DNA of 64,000 nucleotides from an uncultured Chloroflexia bacterium (GTDB lineage: Bacteria > Chloroflexota > Ktedonobacteria > Ktedonobacterales > JADMIN01), in the NCBI GenBank assembly GCA_963718915.1, contig CAVRAI010000003.1:642103-706102 (forward strand). The letters are read 5' to 3'. The position numbers and the translations under genes are program-made. Positions 55,687-64,000 of this stretch are shown here, piece after piece (within the stretch, counting starts at the first letter, position 1; every line of letters starts with the position of its first letter). The notes below the pieces were generated by a model that saw nothing but the letters and a program-made list of their open reading frames with translations, was not told the DNA's origin and searched no databases.

Positions 55687-57027
55687 CTAGTTCGCGGCAA
55701 GCGGGACGGTGAACCAGAAGGTCGAGCCTTCGCCGGGCACGCTCTCGACGCCAACTTTTCCTCCCATCTGTTCGACCAGCTGGCGACAGATGAACAGGCC
55801 GAGGCCAAGTCCCTCGGCGCTAAATTTGCTGGACCCGCTGGCGCGGTAAAAGCGCTCCCACACACGGGGCTGATGCTCCAGGGCGATACCGACACCATGA
55901 TCGCAGACAGCCACCCGCGCCTCGCCGTCGCCGCGCTCCAGCCGCACCTCGACCGGCTGGACATTTGGTGAATACCTCAGCGCATTGGAGAGATAGTTGC
56001 CGACCACCTGCGCGATGCGATCCGCATCGGCCACGACGGGAATGGCCTCCGTGGGTGATTCCAGATGGATGATTCGTCTGCGCCACACCAGCCGCTGGCC
56101 AGCGACCGTATCATGCAGGATCTCGCTGAGGTCGCAGCGCGACGTATGTGTCTCGGCGATGCCGACGCGAATGCGCGTGATATCGGCAAGATCGGAGAGC
56201 AGGCGCTCTGCCATGTTGGTATTGCGGTCGACGAGCGCGAGAGCCGCCGTGGCGCGCGCCACATGCATCGAGGTAGAGTCGGAGGCCATGCGGCTATCCT
56301 CCACCCGCTTCAGCTGGCGCTGCGCGATCTGTGTGCCCAGTTTCATGGTTGTGAGTGGCCCGCGAAGCTCATGGACGATCTGCATGAGCGCCGCTTCGGT
56401 GTTTTCGCTATCCTGGCGCAGTTGTCCCACCGTGTTCGCCCATGCCTCGCGCTCATACATCAGTCGCCCATGATCGAGCGCCAGCGCGACCAGTTGCGCC
56501 AGCGCGCGTGTCCGCAAGAGAACATCCGGCATGACACGCTTACCAAATCGAAACTCGACGATCAACGCGCCCAGCCGTCGCTCGCTGACCAAGAGCGGCA
56601 GCACGAGCCGGACGATTCTGCGTGTGGTGGAGTCGGGAGAGGCAGGATCATGGGTATCACCTTCCTCCCGAACCGCGTGCAGTCCCGTCGAACGAGAGAT
56701 GGATTCGTTGCCTGCCTCGATTTCGGGGATGTCGGCGCATATCTGATCCCACCAGGCGGATGCGCGGCCCGGCGCAACGCCAGCCGTAGCGATCAAGCGT
56801 GGCCGCCTGGCGCGCGCTGACCTCAAAACGATCCCCACCGTCTCGCTATAGAGGGTATAGCGAACCAGATTGGCAAGCCATGTTGCGAGGCCAGTCTCGT
56901 CACGCCAATCGTCGGCGCCAACCAGTGTTGTCTGGCGAGCATCGGTGGGCACGGCAAAACTTACCGTTCCATGTGCCCATCGTCCCTGGTCTCTTCTCGC
57001 ATGCATACCACACCTCCCGGGGTTCAT
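55687..57027 (-). CDS. Cytoplasmic sensor histidine kinase (GAF-like N-domain, HisKA, HATPase_c)
   Basis: H-box [12 protein letters not shown]-box [11 protein letters not shown]-boxes DHGVGI and [18 protein letters not shown]. No TM segment seen. Confidence 0.85.
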   Translation of the reverse strand: MNPGRCGMHARRDQGRWAHGTVSFAVPTDARQTTLVGADDWRDETGLATWLANLVRYTLYSETVGIVLRSARARRPRLIATAGVAPGRASAWWDQICADIPEIEAGNESISRSTGLHAVREEGDTHDPASPDSTTRRIVRLVLPLLVSERRLGALIVEFRFGKRVMPDVLLRTRALAQLVALALDHGRLMYEREAWANTVGQLRQDSENTEAALMQIVHELRGPLTTMKLGTQIAQRQLKRVEDSRMASDSTSMHVARATAALALVDRNTNMAERLLSDLADITRIRVGIAETHTSRCDLSEILHDTVAGQRLVWRRRIIHLESPTEAIPVVADADRIAQVVGNYLSNALRYSPNVQPVEVRLERGDGEARVAVCDHGVGIALEHQPRVWERFYRASGSSKFSAEGLGLGLFICRQLVEQMGGKVGVESVPGEGSTFWFTVPLAAN

Positions 57028-57338
57028 TAGTTGAGGGTTCGTTCAGCGCGCACTGTCTGCGGTAAACGCGCGCGGGAGACGCATCACGGCGCTCAATGAG
57101 GATGCGCCCGACGGTTTCTCCTGCTGTGCAGCCAGGGCCTGTCGCTCCAGCGTGTGTAACGTCAACTGAAGGGAGGCTCCTGCCGCACTGCTCACTCTAA
57201 AACGAGAATCCCTGCGCCGCATGCAACAAAGGTTGCAAAAATGAAGTGGCAAGTTTTGTGAGAATACCCCTTATGGTGATGCGGTTTTGTATGATAAAGT
57301 ACAGATTGCAGCCTATTCGTCGTAGGAAAACAGCCTGT

Positions 57339-57367
57339 TTGTATGTGTTAACAGGATCAACATACAA
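57339..57367. promoter_or_regulatory. Candidate operator: inverted repeat TTGTATGT-N13-ACATACAA in an AT-rich divergent intergenic region
   Basis: Read directly. Lies between the kinase (minus strand) and the response regulator (plus strand), in the most AT-rich stretch of this part of the window. Confidence 0.3.
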
Positions 57368-57580
57368 CCATCTTAACAACTTGCTTCCTGTATCTGTGCA
57401 TCGCGCTCTCAGGCCAGAAGATAGCAAATGGTATACATGGGGAAATGCTCGACAGGCGGGTGTGATCGCACAAGGCGTTGTAGGGGTGTAGGTGTGTAGG
57501 TGTATGCAGGAGGAAGACTGTGTATCAAGCGCCGCGAAGGTGTAGCTGATAGTTGCGGCCTGCGTGCGTTTGACGTTCCC

Positions 57581-57647
57581 CGATAACAGCGCGATAACAG
57601 CGTGGCATATCTGGCGTATCTGGCATCTTTGGCATCTTTGGCATCTT
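57581..57647. repeat. Two adjacent tandem repeats: 11-nt (cgataacagcg) x2 and 9-nt (tggcatctt-like) x5
   Basis: Read directly. About 200 nt upstream of the response-regulator start. Confidence 0.85.
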
Positions 57648-57849
57648 TAGCAAGAGTCAGGGGCGGTGCGGGCGGACGTGCGTCTGGGTATTGGCGATCC
57701 CGCGAGGCCGAGCGGAGGGATCATTTGGTGTGCGAGAGCGGCTTCATCGAACGCTTGCGGTTGGAAGAGGCTCACACACGCGCTCAAATGAGTTCGGTAC
57801 GCGGAACAGGGATCATCGCGACAGTGCCCCACCACGAAAGAGGCGAACG

Positions 57850-58503
57850 ATGGTGAGAATCCTGGTGGCGGAAGACCATGAAGTCATGCGGCGCGGTCTG
57901 CGTGATCTGCTCCTGGAGCACCAGGGATGGGAGGTGTGCGGGGAGGCGCGCAATGGGCGTGATGCGCTCGATCTCGCCGTCCAGTTACGCCCCGACGTCG
58001 CCGTCGTGGATATCTCCATGCCAATACTCAGCGGCCTGGAGGCTACACGCCACATTCGCCAGCAATCTCCTGATACGGAGGTGCTCATTTTTACCCAGTA
58101 CGAGAGCGGCCAGTACGTTCAAGAGGCGTTGCGTGTCGGCGCACAGGGATATATCCTCAAGTCCGACGCGGCGCTACACCTGACCGAAGCGGTAGAGGCG
58201 CTGGCCAGACACGAGCCGTTCTTCTCGCCGGGCATCTCGAAAACGATCCTGAATACGTTCCTGAACTCGGAAGAGCAGAAGCGTGATGAGGTTGCGTTAT
58301 CCACGCTCACGACGCGCGAGCGTGAGGTGATGCTGATGCTCGCCTCGGGTAAAAGGAATCGTGATGTGGCCGATGAGCTGTACATTGCCCCAGGTACTGT
58401 CATCACGTATCGTGCTAAAATCATGAAAAAGCTGGGGGTGTCTTCCATTGCCGGGGTGATCCTCTTTGCCGCGCGGAACAACCTCATCGTATTCCAACGA
58501 TAG
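57850..58503 (+). CDS. NarL/FixJ-family response regulator (REC + LuxR-type HTH)
   Basis: Inner start ATG 57850 of ORF 57691..58503. MVRILVAEDHEVMRRGL...DVAVVDISMP. HTH LTTREREVMLMLASGKRNRDVADELYIAPGTVITYRAKIMKKLG. Confidence 0.9.
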   Translation: MVRILVAEDHEVMRRGLRDLLLEHQGWEVCGEARNGRDALDLAVQLRPDVAVVDISMPILSGLEATRHIRQQSPDTEVLIFTQYESGQYVQEALRVGAQGYILKSDAALHLTEAVEALARHEPFFSPGISKTILNTFLNSEEQKRDEVALSTLTTREREVMLMLASGKRNRDVADELYIAPGTVITYRAKIMKKLGVSSIAGVILFAARNNLIVFQR

Positions 58504-59192
58504 GCAATGTACGCGATATGGCGTAGAAACCATGTGAAACGGGCATCTTTGCATACAGTGATTATCGACATAAAATACTACAAAAGCTGTATACAAAGTC
58601 CCATCGACTGGTGCTATAGTACTGGTGTGCTCAAAACGCACCGATACCTTTGTGCAAGGGCATCGTCGCTCCTCCGTCGAATGGCTAATGTACCTGATAC
58701 TACAGTGTGTCATACGACAATGCGTCCAATGCCTTAGTCCTACCAGTTAACCCCCTCTCAGGGCGCAGTTCTGTGCGTTCACGTACCATCTTCAGGTACC
58801 CCTGGGAGAGATGCACAGGTCCTTGCAAAGTGTCCTGGATCTGCCACACCGCGTGGCAAACGTAGCACAAGAGCCTGGAGAGTTCTTCCCGATCTTCCTT
58901 GTGACAGGACGGATCCCAACAATTACCAGGAACTGGGATGGAAGACGGGATAGGATATAAGCGGTGATTGCCTCGCTGCCCGTACGGCAAAGAGATGCTG
59001 AGGGATGTGGTAATGCATCCCTGAACATTGGCGAGGCGCTCATTGTGGCGGCATGGCGCACGTCGTTGCACCCCGGCAAGCCGACGTGGCGGAGCCGACA
59101 CTGCCGCGATGCTAGTGCGGCGCTTCACGAGCGCCCTAGCTGCTGACTCTCCTCTCAGGAATCTCCGCATTACCCAAGGGAGGAGACGATCC

Positions 59193-61538
59193 ATGGGTAT
59201 CCCTCTCGTCACAGTTCGGCATGGGCTTGTGAGCGTGTCGATGGACATTGGCTCCGCTGAATGGTTCACCTTGCTCGATAGGATCGACATTTTTGCCGTT
59301 GAGGCACACGATATCTCGTTCCTCGTGCGACGCATGCATGATGGAGCGTTCGCGCTCTGGCTGGCCTTTTGCTCGATTGACAATGACCCACGCTGTGTTG
59401 TGGTGGGTTCGGCGTCGGAACTCACGCGAGAGCGGCTGCTGACGGCAGCGCACCAGCTCGCGAATTGGGATACGGTCACTCCCGAATTTCAGGTAGAGCT
59501 GGAGCGAGAAAGCGCGCCTATGCCGCAGCTGTCTGTCACCAGCCCGGATCTCCTCGTGACCAAGTTAGAGATGCCTACCGTCACCAGCAGGACGCTGGTT
59601 CGCACACAAGCCATTGACCGCATGGCGCGCGCGCTGGATTATCCTCTCACCGTCGTCAACTCGCCTTCTGGCTATGGCAAGACGACCCTCGTGGCAGCAT
59701 GGGCGAGCGAGACCCCTGCGCGGGTGGCTTGGTTGCTGCTGGATGAGAACGACAACGACCCGGTGCGCTTCTCCACCCATCTGCTCGCCGCTCTCGACCG
59801 GGTTGTCCCTGGTCTGCTTACCGCGGTACTACCCTATGTGCAGAACGCGCAGACGCATCTCTCTGATGGATCGCTCATCTCCCGGCTCATTAATTCACTG
59901 ACCTCGACTGATGGTCACATTGCCCTCGTGCTCGATGGGTACCATACGATCAGTCAAGACAATGCGGTGATCCAGAACGCGATGAACTACTTCATCGAAA
60001 ACCTGCCACCCCACGTCCATGTCATCGTCCTGACTCGTACCAGCGTCCCCTTGCGCCTCCCATGGTTGCGCGTTGCCGGGCGGCTGTTTGAATTGCGCAT
60101 TGATGACCTGCGCTTCACGGAAGACGAAGCGCGCGTATTTCTGGAGCGACGGACAGGCTCGGACGTAGCGCCTGAGGTCAGCGCGCGCATTCACCGACGC
60201 ACTGAGGGCTGGGTGGCTGGGCTGCAGCTTGCCGCGTTCGCGCTCGAAGATTCGCGCACTCCCGCGGAAAATGTGGCAGACCTCCTGAGTGAGAATCGCA
60301 ATGTCGTCGATTTCATCGCGGAGGAGGTGCTCACGCGACTGCCGCATGCGGTCAGCGAGAATGTCTTGTGGATGGCCGCACTGGACCGGTTCAACGTGGC
60401 GCTCTGCGACGCGCTGCCAGGGATCGTGGACAGCCAGACGACGCTGGAGACCCTCGAGCGCGAAAACGCATTCCTCGTCCCGGTCGATGACCCCTCCGGC
60501 TGGTACAGGTTCCATAGACTCTTCCGGGAGGTGCTCTGGAAGCGGCTTCAACGGACGCACAAAGAAGAGTTGGCCGAGATGCATCGCCAGGTGAGCGCCT
60601 GGTATGAAGCCCATGGCATGACGCGCGATGCGGTTCACTATGCGTTGCATGCGAGCGATGAGCACGCGGTTCTGCGCATCGTTCGTGAACTTGCCAATCG
60701 TGTCTTCGAGAGCGGATCCTCCCCGTCCGACCTCCGGGCACTGGCGCAATGCCTTGATCTTCTGCCCGCGGACATGATACAGAAGCATCCGCAGCTCTGT
60801 CTGATTGAAGCGCAGATGTTCGTACAATCAGGCGATCTCGACGAGGCCGAACTGTGGCTGGAAGCCGCCGATACGCATATCTCTCAGGATATGACAGTGG
60901 ATGGCGAGACAGCTGCATCAGGCGACCATATGCGTATGCGGGACGAGATCATGCAGGTTCGGGGCATCATCGCGCGACTGCGCAAGGGAAGCCCTCCCGC
61001 CGATGGCTGGCAGTCAGCCCTGATGCACGCGCCGCACGCATCGCATTCATCGCATGCGTGGGAGCCTCAAGCCGCCATGTTGTCCACACTGTCCATATCG
61101 TCCGTATCGTCCGTGCCACCGCGCGCGCAACGCATGCCCCAGCGTACCGATGCGCACCATTCCTCCACCGTTCCTGGACCTCTGGTCATTTACGAGCGAG
61201 TCACCGCGCGCGAAAAGGAGGTTCTGGTGCTGCTCGCCAAAGGCGAACCCAATCAGGTGATCGCTGACGATCTCACCATCGCCGTCGCGACGGTCAAGCG
61301 CCATCTGAGCAACCTCTACCGCAAGTTACAGGTGGATAACCGGACTCAGGCGGTGTGGCGAGCCTGGACCCTTGGCCTGCTCGACGACCTTCCTGCCGAT
61401 GGCGCGGATACATTGGCGCCTCATAGCGACCGGACTAAGCCGGACGAGCGCGGTGCGGGTATGAGTATGCCTCGGTGGAATAACTTCCCCAACAGCAATG
61501 GCAACGGCAATCTTCCCCCTGGCATCACGCCGGGATAG
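59193..61538 (+). CDS. Large LuxR-family regulator (MalT/LAL-like: unknown N-domain, P-loop NTPase, helical repeats, LuxR HTH)
   Basis: ORF 59028..61538, start preferred at ATG 59193 (GGGAGGAG upstream). Walker A NSPSGYGKTTL. C-terminal LTAREKEVLVLLAKGEPNQVIADDLTIAVATVKRHLSNLYRKL. Confidence 0.85.
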   Translation: MGIPLVTVRHGLVSVSMDIGSAEWFTLLDRIDIFAVEAHDISFLVRRMHDGAFALWLAFCSIDNDPRCVVVGSASELTRERLLTAAHQLANWDTVTPEFQVELERESAPMPQLSVTSPDLLVTKLEMPTVTSRTLVRTQAIDRMARALDYPLTVVNSPSGYGKTTLVAAWASETPARVAWLLLDENDNDPVRFSTHLLAALDRVVPGLLTAVLPYVQNAQTHLSDGSLISRLINSLTSTDGHIALVLDGYHTISQDNAVIQNAMNYFIENLPPHVHVIVLTRTSVPLRLPWLRVAGRLFELRIDDLRFTEDEARVFLERRTGSDVAPEVSARIHRRTEGWVAGLQLAAFALEDSRTPAENVADLLSENRNVVDFIAEEVLTRLPHAVSENVLWMAALDRFNVALCDALPGIVDSQTTLETLERENAFLVPVDDPSGWYRFHRLFREVLWKRLQRTHKEELAEMHRQVSAWYEAHGMTRDAVHYALHASDEHAVLRIVRELANRVFESGSSPSDLRALAQCLDLLPADMIQKHPQLCLIEAQMFVQSGDLDEAELWLEAADTHISQDMTVDGETAASGDHMRMRDEIMQVRGIIARLRKGSPPADGWQSALMHAPHASHSSHAWEPQAAMLSTLSISSVSSVPPRAQRMPQRTDAHHSSTVPGPLVIYERVTAREKEVLVLLAKGEPNQVIADDLTIAVATVKRHLSNLYRKLQVDNRTQAVWRAWTLGLLDDLPADGADTLAPHSDRTKPDERGAGMSMPRWNNFPNSNGNGNLPPGITPG

Positions 61539-61690
61539 CCTGGGCGCCGCCCGCTGGCTATCCCGGTTGGCGCGGAATCTCTCGCAGCGTTTCTCGCATC
61601 GCCAGGCTGAGCCAATGGCAGGCTCCGTACGTCAGGTCACGAGCATGAGTCATACCAATTCCGGCTGGGTTGTTGTATGTGGGGAGCGTG

Positions 61691-61953
61691 CCGGAAGCCC
61701 AATGTAGTTTTAGAAAGCACCAGGGACACGGGCTGGGCAGCGCGGGCGGTTCAAACCGCGCCTGTGGGGCCTGCGGCCACCAAGTCCGCCGTCGCGGACT
61801 CCCAGACCGTGTCCCAACGCGCTCCCCGTTGGCGAGCGGTTCTGGGCAACCCGCGCAGGCGGGTGTCGTGGCGGAGCAGGTGCAGCAGGCGGAGCAGGCG
61901 CAGCAGGCGAGGCGCAGCAGGCGAGGCCCTTCAGGCGCGACTTCAGTCGCCAG
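61691..61953 (-). repeat. REP-like multi-hairpin array, copy B (inverted relative to copy A)
   Basis: The reverse complement aligns with 55217-55465, sharing blocks such as ggcgactgaagtcgcgcctgaagggcc and gagtccgcgacggcggacttggtggccgcaggcc...caggcgcggtttgaaccgcccgcg. Confidence 0.75.
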
Positions 61954-61975
61954 CCGCCGTGGCGGTCCGTCGTAA

Positions 61976-63108
61976 TTAACGTGAGTTCGGGATAACTACA
62001 GGGTAACATGAACGGGCATCTCCTGCTCTTGGACGAGGGAGGGTTTCTTGGGTTGGCGGCAGTAGGCGACCAATCCGGCGAAGAGATGCACGAGGAAGTT
62101 GAGCGGGCTGCGGTGGCGGGTATGCTCAATCTGGCAGATGTTCTTGAGTTGGTCGTTGATGCTCTCAATGATCGCCCGTTTGCGGAGCAGGAGTTTGTCG
62201 GCCAGGGGCATGAGCACATGGCGCATATTTTTGCGCAGTTTGGTAATGAGGCGCAGGCGCTGAGTGAGCAAGAGCTGCTCAGCGAGCGCTGCTCAGCGAG
62301 CGCTGCTCAGCGAGCGCCGCCGAGATGTAGCCTTTGGTAGCCTTTGTCGGCGAAGAGGCGGCCGAAGAGGCGACCGAAGAGGCGGACCGAAGAGGCGGCC
62401 GAAGAGGCGATGCGTGCCACGCACCAAGCGTGGCACAGGCTGACGGTCATCGACGTTGCCGGGGGAAGACAAAACGCCAGCAGTTCGCCGCGGTCGTTGA
62501 CCACCAGATGCAGTTTGAAGCCGAAGAACCAGCCCACCGAGGTCTTGCCCCGCCGGGCATCCACGCGAAAGACCCGATGCTGGTGGATGCGCGCCGGGTG
62601 ACAGACCGCGAGGGCCGTCGAGTCAATGAAGCTGACACGAAGCTGACACCGGTGCAGGTTCCACATTGCGTGCGCAGGTAGACGGCGAGCGGAAGGAGGA
62701 CTCGCGGCAGCAATTCGATGCAGCAATTCGATGCAGCGATTCGATGCAGCGATTGTAGCTCACGAGGTGCGGAAACTCCCGGCGCAGATGCACCTGCACA
62801 TACTCAGTATAGAACGCTTTGTATAGAACGCTTTGAAGGTGCGGTAGCCCGACTGCTGCAAGAGGATCGCGATGGTCATAATTTCACTGGGATGCAGCCG
62901 GGTCGCGCGTCGACGACGGCGCGTCCCCGAGACGAGCAACTCGCGCTCCCACCACGGCTCAAAGACCTGCCAGAACGCATCCACGGAGCAGTACAAGGCG
63001 TCCAGGTCGAGTATACTCATGACATGCCTCCATTCAGGGACTGACGGGGTGTCGTAAACCGCATCATATCTCTGTTGAAGGCATTTCGCTTATCCCGAAC
63101 TCACGTTA
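61976..63108 (-). mobile_element. IS982-family insertion sequence, decayed (transposase in at least 3 frames, riddled with tandem duplications)
   Basis: Terminal inverted repeats taacgtgagttcgggataa (61976-61994) and ttatcccgaactcacgtta (63090-63108). Transposase fragments are ORFs 62760..63020 (MSILDLDALYCSVDAFWQVF...SEIMTIAILLQQSGYRTFKAFY), 62307..62726 (FIDSTALAVCHPARI...GWFFGFKLHLVVNDRGELL...LFADKGY) and 61996..62271 ([26 protein letters not shown]). Confidence 0.8.
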
Positions 63109-63185
63109 TTTAGTAAAACGACATAAGGCCCCGGCGAATGGGGATGGAAATTCGCCGTAGCGTTCACGCTACGGCCTGCCTTCCG
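63109..63185 (+). repeat. REP-like array, partial copy C (matches 55445-55525 of copy A, same orientation)
   Basis: tttagtaaaacgacataaggccccggcgaatggggatggaaattcgccgtagcgttcacgctacggcctgcc compared with tttctaaaaccacatcaggctgcggcgaatgggg...ggaaattcgccgtagcgttcacgctacggcctgcc. Confidence 0.6.
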
Positions 63186-63546
63186 TATGACAACAGTCCA
63201 ACCGGATGGAGTATCAGGAGGATAGCGCGACGATTTGCTCAGGCGCGGATGCTCATGTGGCTTTCTACAACTTTTGGCCCATGCGTCTGACGCGGTTGTA
63301 TAGTCTCGTTAGGTTCTAGATGGTGTAGCGCGTAGCGTTGGATGGAGGTGAGCGCGAGAGTAGCGCATATCGCGATGGCGCAGTAGTAGGAGGTGAACCG
63401 TTTTGCGACTCCTGAATCGCATCACGTTCCATGAATCGTATCAGCACTATAGGAAGTCCGTTGCCCTTGCTATACGTCAAAAGATTCAGGGGATATCCCT
63501 GAGTCAGTTGCGTCGTTCCGCGAAAGACGTGGCGGCGAGCCATTCC

Positions 63547-64000
63547 ATGCATGTTGCGGTGTTGGTCGCGGCCGCCTATTTGCTGGGCGCGCAGTTCGGC
63601 TTTTCGCTGCGTTTTCCCGCGTCCCCTCTCTCGGTGATCTGGCCGCCGAATGCTATTTTGCTCGCCGCGTTTCTGCTCACGCCCACCCAGTTGTGGTGGC
63701 CAATACTGCTGGCGGTCTTACCAGCGCATGTGATTGTGGAGTTCCCAAATGGCGTAGACTTCTCGACAATCATGGGGCTTTATGTGACCAATTGCGGGCA
63801 GGCATTGCTTGGCGCGGTTGGCATACGGTACGTGTTTAGCGAATCTGCTCGCCTGGACAGTCTGCGGCGCATTGCGGTGTTTGGCCTGTGCGCCGTTTTC
63901 GCCGCTCCATTTATCGTTTCTTTCCTGGATACCGCCGTCTCTATGCTCACCCATTGGGAAATGCGCAATCAGTTCGCATTGCACTGGGAAGAGCGATTTG
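63547..64000 (+). CDS. MASE1 domain-containing sensor protein, N-terminal part; gene runs off the right edge
   Basis: Not in the ORF track because it is truncated. Manual translation from ATG 63547: MHVAVLVAAAYLLGAQFGFSLRFPASPLSVIWPPNAILLAAFLLTPTQLWWPILLAVLPAHVIVEF..., the MASE1 N-terminal pattern. GTG 63529 or TTG 63508 are alternative starts. Confidence 0.6.
   Translation, partial: MHVAVLVAAAYLLGAQFGFSLRFPASPLSVIWPPNAILLAAFLLTPTQLWWPILLAVLPAHVIVEFPNGVDFSTIMGLYVTNCGQALLGAVGIRYVFSESARLDSLRRIAVFGLCAVFAAPFIVSFLDTAVSMLTHWEMRNQFALHWEERF

Noticed and set aside
58700-59479. A 259-aa minus-strand ORF between the response regulator and the LuxR regulator.
   Set aside because: It overlaps the 5' part of the LuxR-type gene on the opposite strand. 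It has no motifs and a low-complexity composition, and no SD was seen.
61960-63120. A target-site duplication flanking the IS982 copy.
   Set aside because: The flanks read ...cgtcgtaat and tttagtaaaa.... I could not find a matching direct repeat of 3-9 nt, so none is claimed.

Overview
GC-rich bacterial chromosomal segment with purine-rich Shine-Dalgarno sites before most genes. I support about 55 protein-coding genes and found no rRNA, tRNA or CRISPR. IS content and protein families hint at Chloroflexota/Ktedonobacteria or a similar soil bacterium; this is a low-confidence inference. The window is dominated by membrane, ion and respiratory-stress functions: K+ channel, ClC channel, SulP, BASS, MFS, P-type ATPase, cytochrome bd oxidase (cydAB), NDH-2, PPK2, two PLD-family enzymes, an SPFH protein, an M48 peptidase, two HtrA-like proteases and three HdeD/DUF308-like proteins. 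It is unusually rich in paralogues of uncharacterised families. The most interesting signal is a three-gene cassette (DUF1269 membrane protein, DUF6325-like soluble protein, SHOCT protein) present twice, at 1135-2770 and 53532-55120, in circularly permuted order. Two further orphan members sit at 20290-20988 and 40457-41005. By eye the DUF6325-like proteins look like DUF1269 proteins lacking the glycine-zipper membrane hairpin. Other notable signals: (1) several apparent reading-frame breaks (ClC, MFS, a membrane protein, the YihY tail, possibly the ATPase 5' end); (2) a striking abundance of short tandem duplications (7-15 nt units), including five inside one decayed IS982 copy; (3) REP-like multi-hairpin arrays in inverted orientation flanking a histidine kinase / NarL-type regulator / large LuxR-type regulator module; (4) a solo TnpB with an internal deletion; (5) conserved intergenic elements shared between unrelated or paralogous promoter regions. 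All family assignments rest on motif recognition by eye, not on searches.
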